This document shows positions 48,105 through 58,000 of a stretch of 64,000 nucleotides of DNA, piece after piece. Numbering within the stretch: position 1 is the stretch's first letter; the number at the start of each line of letters is the position of its first letter. This DNA is from an uncultured virus (IMG/VR IMGVR_UViG_3300028490_000394) (lineage: Duplodnaviria; Heunggongvirae; Uroviricota; Caudoviricetes): the IMG/VR virus record IMGVR_UViG_3300028490_000394, one strand, 5' to 3'. The translations under genes were made by a program, and so were the position numbers. The notes under the pieces are model-generated. The model was not told the DNA's origin. It ran no database searches and saw only the letters and a program-made list of their open reading frames with translations.

Positions 48105-48806
48105 ATGTCATACTTTACACAACCATTCAACGATATTGAACCATTTAATATTATTGAAGATTTTCTCACCACTATCGGTGAAGTTAATCATTTTTTAGAC
48201 AACAAATTCGTTCTACCTATGGGCACTCTTATTAGTAATGGCAATTATACTGCTGTTATTGAATTAAACCCTGAACATGTTCCTGATTATATTAAATTAG
48301 ATAACCCTGTTCTTATTGTTTCAATTGAACAAAATAAGTTTCTTCTTATGAAGGAACTTTATCCAGACAAGGTTATTGATATTGATATTGAAGTAGATTC
48401 TACTTTAGATTTTAAACTATGGAATACACAATTTAAAGTCTATTCTTTTTTCATGGAAAAAGGTTCTTCTGTTAATAATCCAGAGATTACCTTGGCTTGT
48501 TCTATTTTCTCTGATTTTTTTGAGGGTTCAGATTTTAACGTCTGTTCTCCTTACGATTTCTTAGATATCACATTTATGGAACACGTCTCTATTGACTCTA
48601 TTGAGAAAACTATTATTAGTAGTTGTTCACATAAAAGTGACTCCTCTTTAGTTTACAAATATTTATCTGTTATTGAAAGAGATATATTTAAAATAGCTAC
48701 TCTCCTATGTCAATCAGATTCTGGTGCATTAGATTTAGATATCCATAATGAACAGTTTTTAGATATTGACGGAGAAGTCTGTTTAATAGATCCTTTTATT
48801 ATGTAA
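48105..48806 (+). CDS. Protein kinase-like protein
   Basis: LISNGNYTAV loop; LDIHNEQF...CLIDP. Confidence 0.55.
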   Translation: MSYFTQPFNDIEPFNIIEDFLTTIGEVNHFLDNKFVLPMGTLISNGNYTAVIELNPEHVPDYIKLDNPVLIVSIEQNKFLLMKELYPDKVIDIDIEVDSTLDFKLWNTQFKVYSFFMEKGSSVNNPEITLACSIFSDFFEGSDFNVCSPYDFLDITFMEHVSIDSIEKTIISSCSHKSDSSLVYKYLSVIERDIFKIATLLCQSDSGALDLDIHNEQFLDIDGEVCLIDPFIM

Positions 48807-48904
48807 TACTTTCCCCTTTTATGGGGAAGTCATGTCTCCTTATTTTTCAGCACACTCTTATATCCTTTTTGCTATAATATATTATAAATAAAAAAGGATC
48901 TATC

Positions 48905-49279
48905 ATGGCCTCTGCATATAAACCAGATATTGAAAAACACATTTTAAAACAAATTAAAGACCAAGCTACTGAACTTGCACAAAGTGACCCTGCCGCATAT
49001 TGGGCTCAAATTGAAGAATTTGATTGCATGGTTATGTCTTTTGACCCTGATATGCTTTGGGCTCGAGTTAAAACTCTAGGCTCTTATAGAGATAAAGATA
49101 ATAAGCTTGTTCAACCAGTTGTTTATCGAGTTGGTTATGTTCAAACTATCCACTTGTCTACTGGTAAAGTTAGAGTTGCTTGTTCTCTTGGTGGTTGTTT
49201 TGACACGACTAAGTTTGAACTACTAAATCCTGAAGCTTTGTCTTCTGTTCTTGAACGATCCATGTCTGAGGAGGCATAA
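48905..49279 (+). CDS. Hypothetical protein (domain X)
   Basis: Aligns with N-half of 49282. Confidence 0.72.
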   Translation: MASAYKPDIEKHILKQIKDQATELAQSDPAAYWAQIEEFDCMVMSFDPDMLWARVKTLGSYRDKDNKLVQPVVYRVGYVQTIHLSTGKVRVACSLGGCFDTTKFELLNPEALSSVLERSMSEEA

Positions 49280-49281
49280 TC

Positions 49282-49920
49282 ATGCCTATATCTAGAACAC
49301 TTATTGAAGCTGCTCGTGAAGAAATGAATTCATTAGATAATATTGATCCTGCTAATTTTGACGCTTATTGGGCAAATGTACTTGGTATTGAAAAAAGACT
49401 TATGGCAGAAGATCCTACTCTTCTTTGGGCTACTTATAAATTCCCTGTATTAACAGGAATAAACAATCCTGGTGGATTAAGATACGTAGAAAGAATTGGG
49501 TATATTAAAACTATTCATTTCTTTTCTAAGAAAGCTCTTATCAAAGGTGTCTTGAATAGCGAAAATATTACTTCTCATGAATACAAGCTCTTGAACCCTG
49601 AAGTTTTACCTTTTGCTGAGCCTGGTTCTAATTTTTACTTAGATACTATCGAACAAGATACTGAGTTCTTTGAAAAAGAACTTATTGCTTCTGAATATAA
49701 TCTGCATGCTCCTGTTACTAAGCAGGTAATCTACGAAGAGTTCTTTATTCTTTTTGAACCAAAAAATGGTAAAGAAATCGTATTTGCCAAACCTGTAGAT
49801 AATAATAAATCTATTGTTTTAACTACTCATTTCTTTTCAGATACATTGGGTATGCGTGAGTTTATTAAATCTCGAACTGCTACAGATTGGAACATTATTT
49901 GTAATCATGAATTATCATAG
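49282..49920 (+). CDS. Hypothetical protein (domain X + domain Y)
   Basis: YWA..DP.LLWA plus FEPKNG. Confidence 0.75.
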   Translation: MPISRTLIEAAREEMNSLDNIDPANFDAYWANVLGIEKRLMAEDPTLLWATYKFPVLTGINNPGGLRYVERIGYIKTIHFFSKKALIKGVLNSENITSHEYKLLNPEVLPFAEPGSNFYLDTIEQDTEFFEKELIASEYNLHAPVTKQVIYEEFFILFEPKNGKEIVFAKPVDNNKSIVLTTHFFSDTLGMREFIKSRTATDWNIICNHELS

Positions 49921-49923
49921 GAA

Positions 49924-50244
49924 TTGAGCATGCATAATAATACTAAAGCCGTTGAAGGTAGACGGCCTATCCCTCTAACTATCCTTGAGCCCGGTAATCA
50001 TTTCTTCAATAGTGATATTGTTGCTTCTGACTCTGACTCTGTGTCCCCTGTTACTACTCAAACTATCTATGAAGATATTTTTATATCATTTGAACCTGAA
50101 AATGGTTTAACTCTTGTTATTGCTAAGCCTATTGAGCATGGTAAACAACAAGTATTGAATGTTTTTACTTTTTCAAACACTCTTCAATTAAGTCAATTTA
50201 TTCGTAGTAAAAATCTCTTGAATATTGCAAAATCTAAGTCTTAA
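49924..50244 (+). CDS. Hypothetical protein (domain Y)
   Basis: IYE..FI.FEPENG. Confidence 0.7.
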   Translation: MSMHNNTKAVEGRRPIPLTILEPGNHFFNSDIVASDSDSVSPVTTQTIYEDIFISFEPENGLTLVIAKPIEHGKQQVLNVFTFSNTLQLSQFIRSKNLLNIAKSKS

Positions 50245-50329
50245 GTCTTTTTATTTTTGCCCACTTTTTAAGTCTAAATTCAGCCCTTTTTCGCTATAAT
50301 ATAACATATCAAAACTAAAGGATTACACT

Positions 50330-50668
50330 ATGTCTGCCAACATAAACAACTTACCATTTATCCCTCTCGCTGAACTTACAGTCGGCCAATCTTTTCTAGA
50401 CCCTCAACTTGTGGAATCAGACTCTTCTGACAACCAGGTTGTTCTTGCTATTGTTGAAGACCATGTTTATATTGCTTATCAGCCTGAGAATGGCCGTATC
50501 GTTATTATCTCGTCTGACGAAGGCAATGGGAACGGTACTGTTATTCAGAAGCTAGAATTTGATTCTCATGAAGAAATGGTTTCTTTCTTGGATAAGGAAC
50601 CTGACGATTGGAATGCATATTGTAAAGAGCAAGTTTTTGAAACTTACAATGGTATGATTAAGTTCTAA
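50330..50668 (+). CDS. Hypothetical protein (domain Y)
   Basis: YIAYQPENG. Confidence 0.72.
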   Translation: MSANINNLPFIPLAELTVGQSFLDPQLVESDSSDNQVVLAIVEDHVYIAYQPENGRIVIISSDEGNGNGTVIQKLEFDSHEEMVSFLDKEPDDWNAYCKEQVFETYNGMIKF

Positions 50669-50814
50669 CCAGGGGCCCTGGTACGGAAAAGGGGGTTAAA
50701 TCCCTTTTAACGTCACTATTTATCAAATACCAGCTCCCTATTCTGCGTTCATTTAAGTAAACAGAACTACCTCATTTTCTAAATTTCATTCACCTGCCAT
50801 AAAGACATGTTGAG

Positions 50815-51642
50815 CTATTTTCTTAGATATGTTATTATCGTTTCTATCTCTATATTATCTTTACTATTTAAATTTCTATACTCTATTACATTCACCATGA
50901 TCTCTTTAAAGAATCTTTTATCTATATCCGCCAATTCTGTGTATGTTTTACCTTCTATTTGAATCTTGTCTTCATAGAATGCTATTATCGCCTTTAAACG
51001 TTCTCTACCGTCCATTATTCCATACATATAGTTTTCTGTTAGACTGTTTTTCTCTAAACAAAAAGTTCCTGTTGGATACCCTTTTATTATTGCTGTCATA
51101 TAACTCACTCTTTTTTCCAATGACCATTTATTCTCGGCGTATCTATTCTCTGACATATCTACACCTCTTTCATAATATCTTTCTATCAAGTATGTAAGAC
51201 TTATTCTTACTGGTTCTTCTCTCACATTTATTTCTTTTACAATTCTTGAACTTTCTTTTTTAGGATATAAGTTTTTCATGAAGTGTAATCTATGCCATGG
51301 TACATACATGCTTAATTTTTCATTCTCTATTAATAGGATCTTGCCACCTTCTTCTATCTCAGATACGTATAATCCTTGATTTTCCATTATTGACTCTGTT
51401 CCTACATAGTCACCTATTTTAAATTTTCTAACTGGTTCATTAATCAAGGACAAGTTGTTCATTAGTTCTTTTTTCTGAAAATTTAAATACATTACTCTAT
51501 CTATGTCTATATAAGTAGACACTTCTTTTACCTGGATCCACTCTGGTCTTTTTGAGCCTGTACAATACTCCATTAGCTGTGTGACTGAACTTGCTCTATA
51601 TACTTTCTCTTCATTTTCTTTTTTATAAAATTTATATGCCAT
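50815..51642 (-). CDS. DUF262 (ParB-like) domain protein
   Basis: W...K...I..GYP.G, IMDGRERL. Confidence 0.75.
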   Translation of the reverse strand: MAYKFYKKENEEKVYRASSVTQLMEYCTGSKRPEWIQVKEVSTYIDIDRVMYLNFQKKELMNNLSLINEPVRKFKIGDYVGTESIMENQGLYVSEIEEGGKILLIENEKLSMYVPWHRLHFMKNLYPKKESSRIVKEINVREEPVRISLTYLIERYYERGVDMSENRYAENKWSLEKRVSYMTAIIKGYPTGTFCLEKNSLTENYMYGIMDGRERLKAIIAFYEDKIQIEGKTYTELADIDKRFFKEIMVNVIEYRNLNSKDNIEIETIITYLRK

Positions 51643-51763
51643 TAAATGTATCCTTTATTTTACTTATCTTAACATACTTTATATATAATTTGGCTTAGTT
51701 TAAATTCAGCTACCTGTAATGCAAAATTAGCTATAATATATTATAAATAAATAAGGATATTAC

Positions 51764-52321
51764 ATGCCAAGCATAAAACTTTTTACAACTCTCTCTAGTG
51801 AAGAACTTCACTCTATTAAATCTTTAAACTCTTTTACTGCTGCCATGGTTGAATACAATGGTGATTATGATTTTAGTCATTCTACATTAAAAGACCTAGT
51901 AAAGTTATTGCTTGCTGACATTGTCTCTCTTGGTCATGCTGTTGATATTTTTGACGTTAAAGCTTTTATTGAAGATAATTGGGCAGCTACTGAATCAGAA
52001 ATGCTTTTTGATATTATTGAAGTTGACCAAACTGGTGAATCTATTTCTGAACAACGTTGGTTCACTGTAAATAATGATATGATTGAGAATTCTGAGTATC
52101 CTATTGTTGAAGATTGGTTAGAATCTGAAGACCTTAATTCTTTCAGCACTAGCTATCTAGCTAGACCCTCTCAACAGTTTGAATTTTGTTTTGTTCATAA
52201 TATTTCTGCACCCGCTGTAATTATTGGTATTGTTGTCGGTTATATCCCTGGAGACGCTTATGATACATTAAACTCTGATATTCCGTTCTCTGAAGTTTCT
52301 ATTTACTCGAAAGGGGTTTAA
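51764..52321 (+). CDS. Hypothetical protein, paralog of 52323
   Basis: V.N.MIEN.EYP.VE.WL shared. Confidence 0.75.
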   Translation: MPSIKLFTTLSSEELHSIKSLNSFTAAMVEYNGDYDFSHSTLKDLVKLLLADIVSLGHAVDIFDVKAFIEDNWAATESEMLFDIIEVDQTGESISEQRWFTVNNDMIENSEYPIVEDWLESEDLNSFSTSYLARPSQQFEFCFVHNISAPAVIIGIVVGYIPGDAYDTLNSDIPFSEVSIYSKGV

Positions 52322-52322
52322 T

Positions 52323-52916
52323 GTGTTAAACCCTTTAAACCTTATCCATGAATTTGGACTTGTTGAAGCAGATCTTGTCAAAATTGAACATTTGAAATCT
52401 TTTGCCGCTGCTATCAAAGAATATGACGTTAACCCTAATTTCAAATCTAATGCTCTTAAAGCAGATACCACAGAACTTTCTTATGATATCAAAACTTTAA
52501 AACTTGAGCTTTCTTCTACTAATATTGAAGAACTTCTTGAAAGTGTGCACGCGTTTGCTACTTCTAACATTATGTTTGATATCTTTTTAGAGGAACAAGG
52601 TGGTAAATATTTCTATCAGAAGAAAAATTTTGAAGTTACTAATGAAATGATTGAAAACAATGAGTATCCGGCTGTTGAGGAATGGTTGAACGCACAAGAT
52701 CTTGATTATTCTAAAAGTTTTTCTTTTAAACCTTCTACTTTGTATCAATATTGCTTCTTGAATTTAAATGATAACTCTTTGATTGGCGTTGCAGTAGGAT
52801 ATCTTTCTACTGTTGCTTTTAAATCAATTAATACTGAGGTTAAACAAGCTGAGACTCTTGTTTTTAAAAGAGAAATCTCTTTTGAATTCAACTTTGTACC
52901 TCGAGAGATTTCTTAG
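52323..52916 (+). CDS. Hypothetical protein, paralog of 51764
   Basis: As above. Confidence 0.75.
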   Translation: MLNPLNLIHEFGLVEADLVKIEHLKSFAAAIKEYDVNPNFKSNALKADTTELSYDIKTLKLELSSTNIEELLESVHAFATSNIMFDIFLEEQGGKYFYQKKNFEVTNEMIENNEYPAVEEWLNAQDLDYSKSFSFKPSTLYQYCFLNLNDNSLIGVAVGYLSTVAFKSINTEVKQAETLVFKREISFEFNFVPREIS

Positions 52917-53019
52917 AGGTCTTTTCTTTCATACACGTCCTTAAATCTATTAAATAAATATTTTTGTCTATAACATGTGTATATATCACGTTCGTGAAAT
53001 AATTTTAAAGGAGCTTACT

Positions 53020-53700
53020 ATGAGTAAGTGGACACAAGAGTTTAACGAAACAGTTTTTCAAGAACCAAAAAACTTCTTCACTAGAAACACAGAATCTAGA
53101 TATGGCATTTCTCTTACAATAATTGGAGAGGGTTGTTCTACTAGTGTCTGTACAATGAATGGGATCCCAAAAGATATGGTGCTTATCGTAACACGCGAAA
53201 AGTCAAAACAAAAATATGCTAAGCAACTTAGCAAAACGTATAAAGGGTTTAAATATAAAAAAGCTTCAAAATACTTAAAGACGAAAAAACAAAAAGAGTT
53301 CATTAAGAAATTAAAAGGCTATAATGAAGTCTGTTACTTTGTTTCTAGATTGAAGCCTTTTAGACCGCATGCAGATTCATTTATGTATAAGGTTTTACAA
53401 CGTTTTAAATATTTTACTGAAGGTGAACCTTTCATATCTAAGAATTTCCCTGAAACAGAATTCACCAAACTCGCTATGAAAGTTATTCATGAGGAGTTTG
53501 AACTGTTTGAAGGTGAAATTAGAAAAACAAATATTATTGTTAAGAAAAAACTAAAGAAAAGTTTCATTAAATTTTTAAAGACGATTACGTCGGCAAAGAT
53601 TACTGAAGAATTTCAATTAGACATTCATTCTGAACAATTTTGTCAAATCGGTGAAGAGATTATCTGTATCGATCCAATATGGTTTGAATTCGACTACTAG
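53020..53700 (+). CDS. Protein kinase-like protein
   Basis: IIGEGCSTSV loop; LDIHSEQF...CIDP; AAGGAG RBS fixes start. Confidence 0.55.
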   Translation: MSKWTQEFNETVFQEPKNFFTRNTESRYGISLTIIGEGCSTSVCTMNGIPKDMVLIVTREKSKQKYAKQLSKTYKGFKYKKASKYLKTKKQKEFIKKLKGYNEVCYFVSRLKPFRPHADSFMYKVLQRFKYFTEGEPFISKNFPETEFTKLAMKVIHEEFELFEGEIRKTNIIVKKKLKKSFIKFLKTITSAKITEEFQLDIHSEQFCQIGEEIICIDPIWFEFDY

Positions 53701-53820
53701 CTATGCCCCTCCAGGGGCTAATCCTTTTCCATTTAAATCAAGAGTAGTTGTTTTTTATTCATTTTGATATAATATACAAAAGATTTTAAGTCTTTTTAAA
53801 TATAAATCAAAAGGATTCAC

Positions 53821-54297
53821 ATGGAATTATTATCATATGAAGTACCCAGCTATATAAAACAAAAATTTTGGAAAGAAAAGAGATCGGATCTTACTTCTGT
53901 ACAAGTTGATTTAGTTTTTGATACATTATTAGAGTATCTAATGTTAGCTTCTAAAGAAAAAGAAGGTCTATATTTGTCTTCATTTATACTTGACGAAGCC
54001 TGGCATACATTTATTCTTTTCACTAAGGACTATGCTACGTTCTGTAATGATTATGTAGGTAAGTTTATTCACCACATGCCTTCTGTTGGAGAAGGTGGTT
54101 ATTTAAATGACCTTTCACTTATTGAAAATTCTTATAAGTCTATTATGAAGTCGAGTCCAAAAAGTCTTATTTATAGTATCGATACTCTTTTAAAGGAAGA
54201 AGGCACTTCTATTAAAGGTATTATTACTATCTCTAGTGAGGTCAATAAAAGATCTATCAAGTTGAATGGTCATATCATAGGAGAGTTCCATGTCTGA
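53821..54297 (+). CDS. Glycine-rich-domain-associated (DUF1399/TIGR04222-type) protein
   Basis: LDEAWHTFILFTKDY..FC...GKFIHH.P. Confidence 0.7.
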   Translation: MELLSYEVPSYIKQKFWKEKRSDLTSVQVDLVFDTLLEYLMLASKEKEGLYLSSFILDEAWHTFILFTKDYATFCNDYVGKFIHHMPSVGEGGYLNDLSLIENSYKSIMKSSPKSLIYSIDTLLKEEGTSIKGIITISSEVNKRSIKLNGHIIGEFHV

Positions 54298-54664
54298 TTT
54301 AATTCTTAGCATTTTAAATGCCCCTGATCTTATATATTGGGCATATGGTATTGTTGGTGGTCTTATATTGTCAGCTGTTGTTTATGAAGTTTTTATTAAA
54401 AGTGCGTTTAGACATATTGAAAATAAAAAATTTAAAGAACTTCATTCAGAAAACCCTTTTAAGGCATTTCGTGATAAACAAGATATACCTATCTCTAAAG
54501 ACGTTAAAAAGTTTGGATATGGTGTTGATAACGTATCTATATTTGCTGCTGGAGTTGCTTCTTCTAATATCTTTATACCCACTAAAAGAGGTGGTTGTGG
54601 AGGAGGAGTAGGTTGTTCTAGTGGTTGTTCAGGTGGAGGTTGTGGTGGCTGTGGTGGTGGATAA
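54290..54664 (+). CDS. Membrane protein with Gly/Cys-rich tail
   Basis: TM; ends GGCGGGVGCSSGCSGGGCGGCGGG. Confidence 0.75.
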   Translation: MSDLILSILNAPDLIYWAYGIVGGLILSAVVYEVFIKSAFRHIENKKFKELHSENPFKAFRDKQDIPISKDVKKFGYGVDNVSIFAAGVASSNIFIPTKRGGCGGGVGCSSGCSGGGCGGCGGG

Positions 54665-54671
54665 GCCTTAA

Positions 54672-54902
54672 AGGTCCATTCCTTATTTAGATAAAAATCC
54701 TGACGGCTCTGTTGATATTTATTTCGGTCCCACTGCTCCTCATGGGCATGCTAATAATTGGATACAAACTGTACCTGGAAAAGGTTGGTTCCAGATTATT
54801 CGAATTTATGGACCATTAGATCCTTGGTTTGATAATGAGTGGAAGCCTGGAGAAGTTGAACTTATTGATAAACCTGTTCATACCGGTCGATTTATTAACT
54901 AA
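54672..54902 (+). pseudogene. C-terminal fragment of DUF1214/DUF1254-type protein
   Basis: Frame reads NPDGSVDIYFGPTAP..NNWIQTVPGKGWF..RIYGP..WF..WKPGE; no ATG/GTG/TTG start. Confidence 0.75.
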
Positions 54903-54927
54903 TATATGAGCCCTATACTTTAGGGCT

Positions 54928-56118
54928 CTATAAATTTAGATTCTTGTGAGTGTTTTTTATTTCTTCTGATTTACTATTTCTTATACTCTCTTGAAATTCT
55001 TCAACTGATATTCTATGATTTAAAAATGCTTGCTTATTTTCGTAAGATAATTCAGAAAACAATCTATTATCACACTTAAACATGTCATTCATATACTCTA
55101 TAATAGCTATTAATCTTTCTTTACCGTCAATTATTTGATAATTACTTTCTGTTAAAGTGAATTCTTTATCTAATAATGCTATCTGTCCTATTGAATATCT
55201 ATTTATTATCGATTTTATCAAATTCTTTTTTTGAATTTCATTCCATTTTAATTTATTTTTATAGTATTCTGGATCCATATCGATACCACTTCTATAATAT
55301 CTTTGTACTAATTCTTTTATAGTGATCTTATATGTATCACTTCTTAAGTTATTATTTACCAGGACTAATCCTGGCTTAAATAGATTATCAAATGGATATA
55401 CTTCATATGCCTGTCTATATAGTGATATATTTTCATTCTCAAGTTTTAAAATTCGACCCTCTTTTATTAACTCTGTTACATACAAAGCCTCTTCTCTTTT
55501 ACGTGTAGTTATTATTCCTACTTTATCACCTATTTTAAACTGTTTAAATTCTCCAGTTAATACTGTTAAACTATTTATAGCACTTACTCTTGATTTATTA
55601 TCTTCCTCTTTTCTTTTTTTACTGATTTCACTTATTCTTGGTCTTAAATCTATAAAGTTCTTCTCTTTCTCCATAAGTTCTACTGCAAATTCTTTTATGG
55701 TAATATCGTCTCCTTTACACATAGCTACCTCTAAAATCAACTCTTTACCTACTCCTAGATATAGAGCAACGTCTTCCTTTACATATGATAAATAAAGTGT
55801 CTTTTTATTTAGCCTTTTATATACATATAGGTCTCCAACACCTAAATCTTCTTTTGATAAATCTATTATGTCTTTTTTATTTACGTTTAATTCTTTCACA
55901 TAATCTTCATACGTTTTTAGTTCTACTTTTGAATTTACTACCCTGTTGACTATATTTTTTTCTGTTAATTTTATTACAAACAATTTTTCTTCTACTAATT
56001 TACCATGTTTTTCTTTTAGGTATTTTAATACTGCTCTTTTTGTATATGCTATATAGATATTATTATTTTGCTCTGTAACACTTGTGAATGCTTTTAATGC
56101 TCTTGTTATTATTTTCAT
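54928..56118 (-). CDS. DUF262 domain protein, paralog of 50815
   Basis: FKIGD.VG, GIDM, W...K..LI.SI, IIDGKERL. Confidence 0.78.
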   Translation of the reverse strand: MKIITRALKAFTSVTEQNNNIYIAYTKRAVLKYLKEKHGKLVEEKLFVIKLTEKNIVNRVVNSKVELKTYEDYVKELNVNKKDIIDLSKEDLGVGDLYVYKRLNKKTLYLSYVKEDVALYLGVGKELILEVAMCKGDDITIKEFAVELMEKEKNFIDLRPRISEISKKRKEEDNKSRVSAINSLTVLTGEFKQFKIGDKVGIITTRKREEALYVTELIKEGRILKLENENISLYRQAYEVYPFDNLFKPGLVLVNNNLRSDTYKITIKELVQRYYRSGIDMDPEYYKNKLKWNEIQKKNLIKSIINRYSIGQIALLDKEFTLTESNYQIIDGKERLIAIIEYMNDMFKCDNRLFSELSYENKQAFLNHRISVEEFQESIRNSKSEEIKNTHKNLNL

Positions 56119-56120
56119 AA

Positions 56121-56774
56121 CTACCTTTCTCTTATAATTCTAGCTCTGACTCCCAAGTACAAAAAATATAATGAGATCACACTCATAAATATTGCTATTG
56201 GTAGTGTCAGTAGTTCTAATCCTAGGTGTCTAGCAAGCAATCCTGCGTCGGTTTCTGAAGGAATCGACCAAAGATATGTCTTTACGTCTTCTAATGCTGC
56301 AATTGACATAAACAAACCAAACATAAATGAAATGTCTTTCACATACTTACTTCTTAGTACAAAATATATTATCAATCCAACCCATGGTACTAATATAAAA
56401 AACTTTAATGAGAATTCTAGATATAGTGCGCTAACTAATAATAGGTATCCCAGTAAAATTATTATAATTACTTTTAGAAAGCCTTCATTTACTTTTGTTC
56501 CTATTAACCAGGCACCTAGTGCTGCCGTACCTATATATCCACTTACTGATATTACAGGATACAACCCACCATATGTGCTTATTTTACCCGATAGACCTGA
56601 TAATGTTATCTCTCCTATTCTACCACCTGTTATTAAAGCTGCCAGCCCATGGAACGATTCATGTATCATTGTTATTAATATTTGTATTGGATACAGAAAG
56701 ATCGTATCCCATAAAAATACTACTGAGATTAGTACTATTAAAAATTCTATTTTATATTTGTTATTCAATGTCAT
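56121..56774 (-). CDS. Peptidase M50B-like membrane metalloprotease
   Basis: HESFH, GY.G, TDA motifs; multi-TM. Confidence 0.85.
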   Translation of the reverse strand: MTLNNKYKIEFLIVLISVVFLWDTIFLYPIQILITMIHESFHGLAALITGGRIGEITLSGLSGKISTYGGLYPVISVSGYIGTAALGAWLIGTKVNEGFLKVIIIILLGYLLLVSALYLEFSLKFFILVPWVGLIIYFVLRSKYVKDISFMFGLFMSIAALEDVKTYLWSIPSETDAGLLARHLGLELLTLPIAIFMSVISLYFLYLGVRARIIRER

Positions 56775-56809
56775 TTCCTTTCATGGATATGGATAAGAGC
56801 CCGGGGCCC

Positions 56810-57073
56810 TTATACTAAGTCTACTTTTAATGTTGGGCCTAGGCCTGTAATTAGTAGATTTCTATTTTCAGCTTTGATTTGATTTAAGCATTTTGGATTT
56901 TGCATTGATAGTGCCCATGATAAGTGTTCTAGAAATTTAAAAGTTTGAATTTCTTTTTTACCGTACATAAACATATCTACTTGTAGTGACTCCAGTGGTG
57001 TTTTACCTACTGGTTTTGTTTTATCAGTAAGTATTCGTCTTTCTTTCGCTGATAGTGGATTTCTTTGACTCAT
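56810..57073 (-). CDS. Hypothetical protein
   Basis: AAGGAG RBS. Confidence 0.7.
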   Translation of the reverse strand: MSQRNPLSAKERRILTDKTKPVGKTPLESLQVDMFMYGKKEIQTFKFLEHLSWALSMQNPKCLNQIKAENRNLLITGLGPTLKVDLV

Positions 57074-57163
57074 AGTAACTCCTTTGTAGTATTAAAGTTC
57101 ATTAAATGAACAATAACTTGTTATAGAGTTATTATATCTTATATTATATTAGAGCTTGCTTTC

Positions 57164-57619
57164 TTATTGTCTTATGACTTCGAATACTCTTTTACCTACT
57201 ATACTGTCACAGGTGTTAAAATAGACTTGACTATTTATATCGTCCCTTCTTATTAATATTTGTGGACGTATTATTGTCGCTGAACATTGTAATGCCGCTA
57301 CATACATTTTATTTCCTTTCGAGACTGATAATGTTATGTCTTTAAATGGGGCTACATTTGACGTTCTTGTACATTTACCATTTATATCTGTTTTTGAAGT
57401 ATCTGGATCGTCTGAATAACAAAATGCTCCATTTGCATATGCTCCATATTTACTATTATATAATTCTTGTGCATTATATGCTGCTCTTGCGTCTGACAAC
57501 ATACTTACTTCTAAGGCTACTCTATTTGACTCATTAATATTTGTAATTGCAAATCCTGCTAAGATTGATATTATTGCCATTACAAATAGCAGTTCTACCA
57601 GGGTGAATGCTTTTTTCAT
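57164..57619 (-). CDS. Type IV pilin-like protein
   Basis: KKA|FTLVE; SDAR; 4 Cys. Confidence 0.9.
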   Translation of the reverse strand: MKKAFTLVELLFVMAIISILAGFAITNINESNRVALEVSMLSDARAAYNAQELYNSKYGAYANGAFCYSDDPDTSKTDINGKCTRTSNVAPFKDITLSVSKGNKMYVAALQCSATIIRPQILIRRDDINSQVYFNTCDSIVGKRVFEVIRQ

Positions 57620-57733
57620 TTTCTTTTCCTTTTTTTCTATTATTATACATTAGAATCTCTTTTCTGTTCTTTTTTTCACTTTTAAGCTAACGTTTATCTT
57701 ACTTGTGTTAAAATAAAATAAAAAGGCCTATTT

Positions 57734-57997
57734 ATGACTGTTCTTCTTACCACTTCTAATAATAAATCTTTAACTGTTATTACTACTCTGGAATTCACTG
57801 TTATCCCTGGAGATCTTGTTCACCTTGAATTTGATAAATGTCAAAACAATTTTAAAGTTGAATCTATTGATCCTACTACTCAAGAAGTTACTCTTGTTGA
57901 ATTTGGATACTTCGCTGATAAAATTGGTGCTGATAATAGAGATCTTTCTGAATCTGACTTTACTAATCTTGTTTCTGCAAAGCTTTTGGAATCTTAA
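57734..57997 (+). CDS. Hypothetical protein
   Basis: AAAGG RBS. Confidence 0.68.
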   Translation: MTVLLTTSNNKSLTVITTLEFTVIPGDLVHLEFDKCQNNFKVESIDPTTQEVTLVEFGYFADKIGADNRDLSESDFTNLVSAKLLES

Positions 57998-58000
57998 TTT

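Noticed and set aside
1388..57619. Shufflon or DGR driving pilin variation
   Set aside because: No recombinase, reverse transcriptase or template/variable repeat pair seen; each copy has its own start
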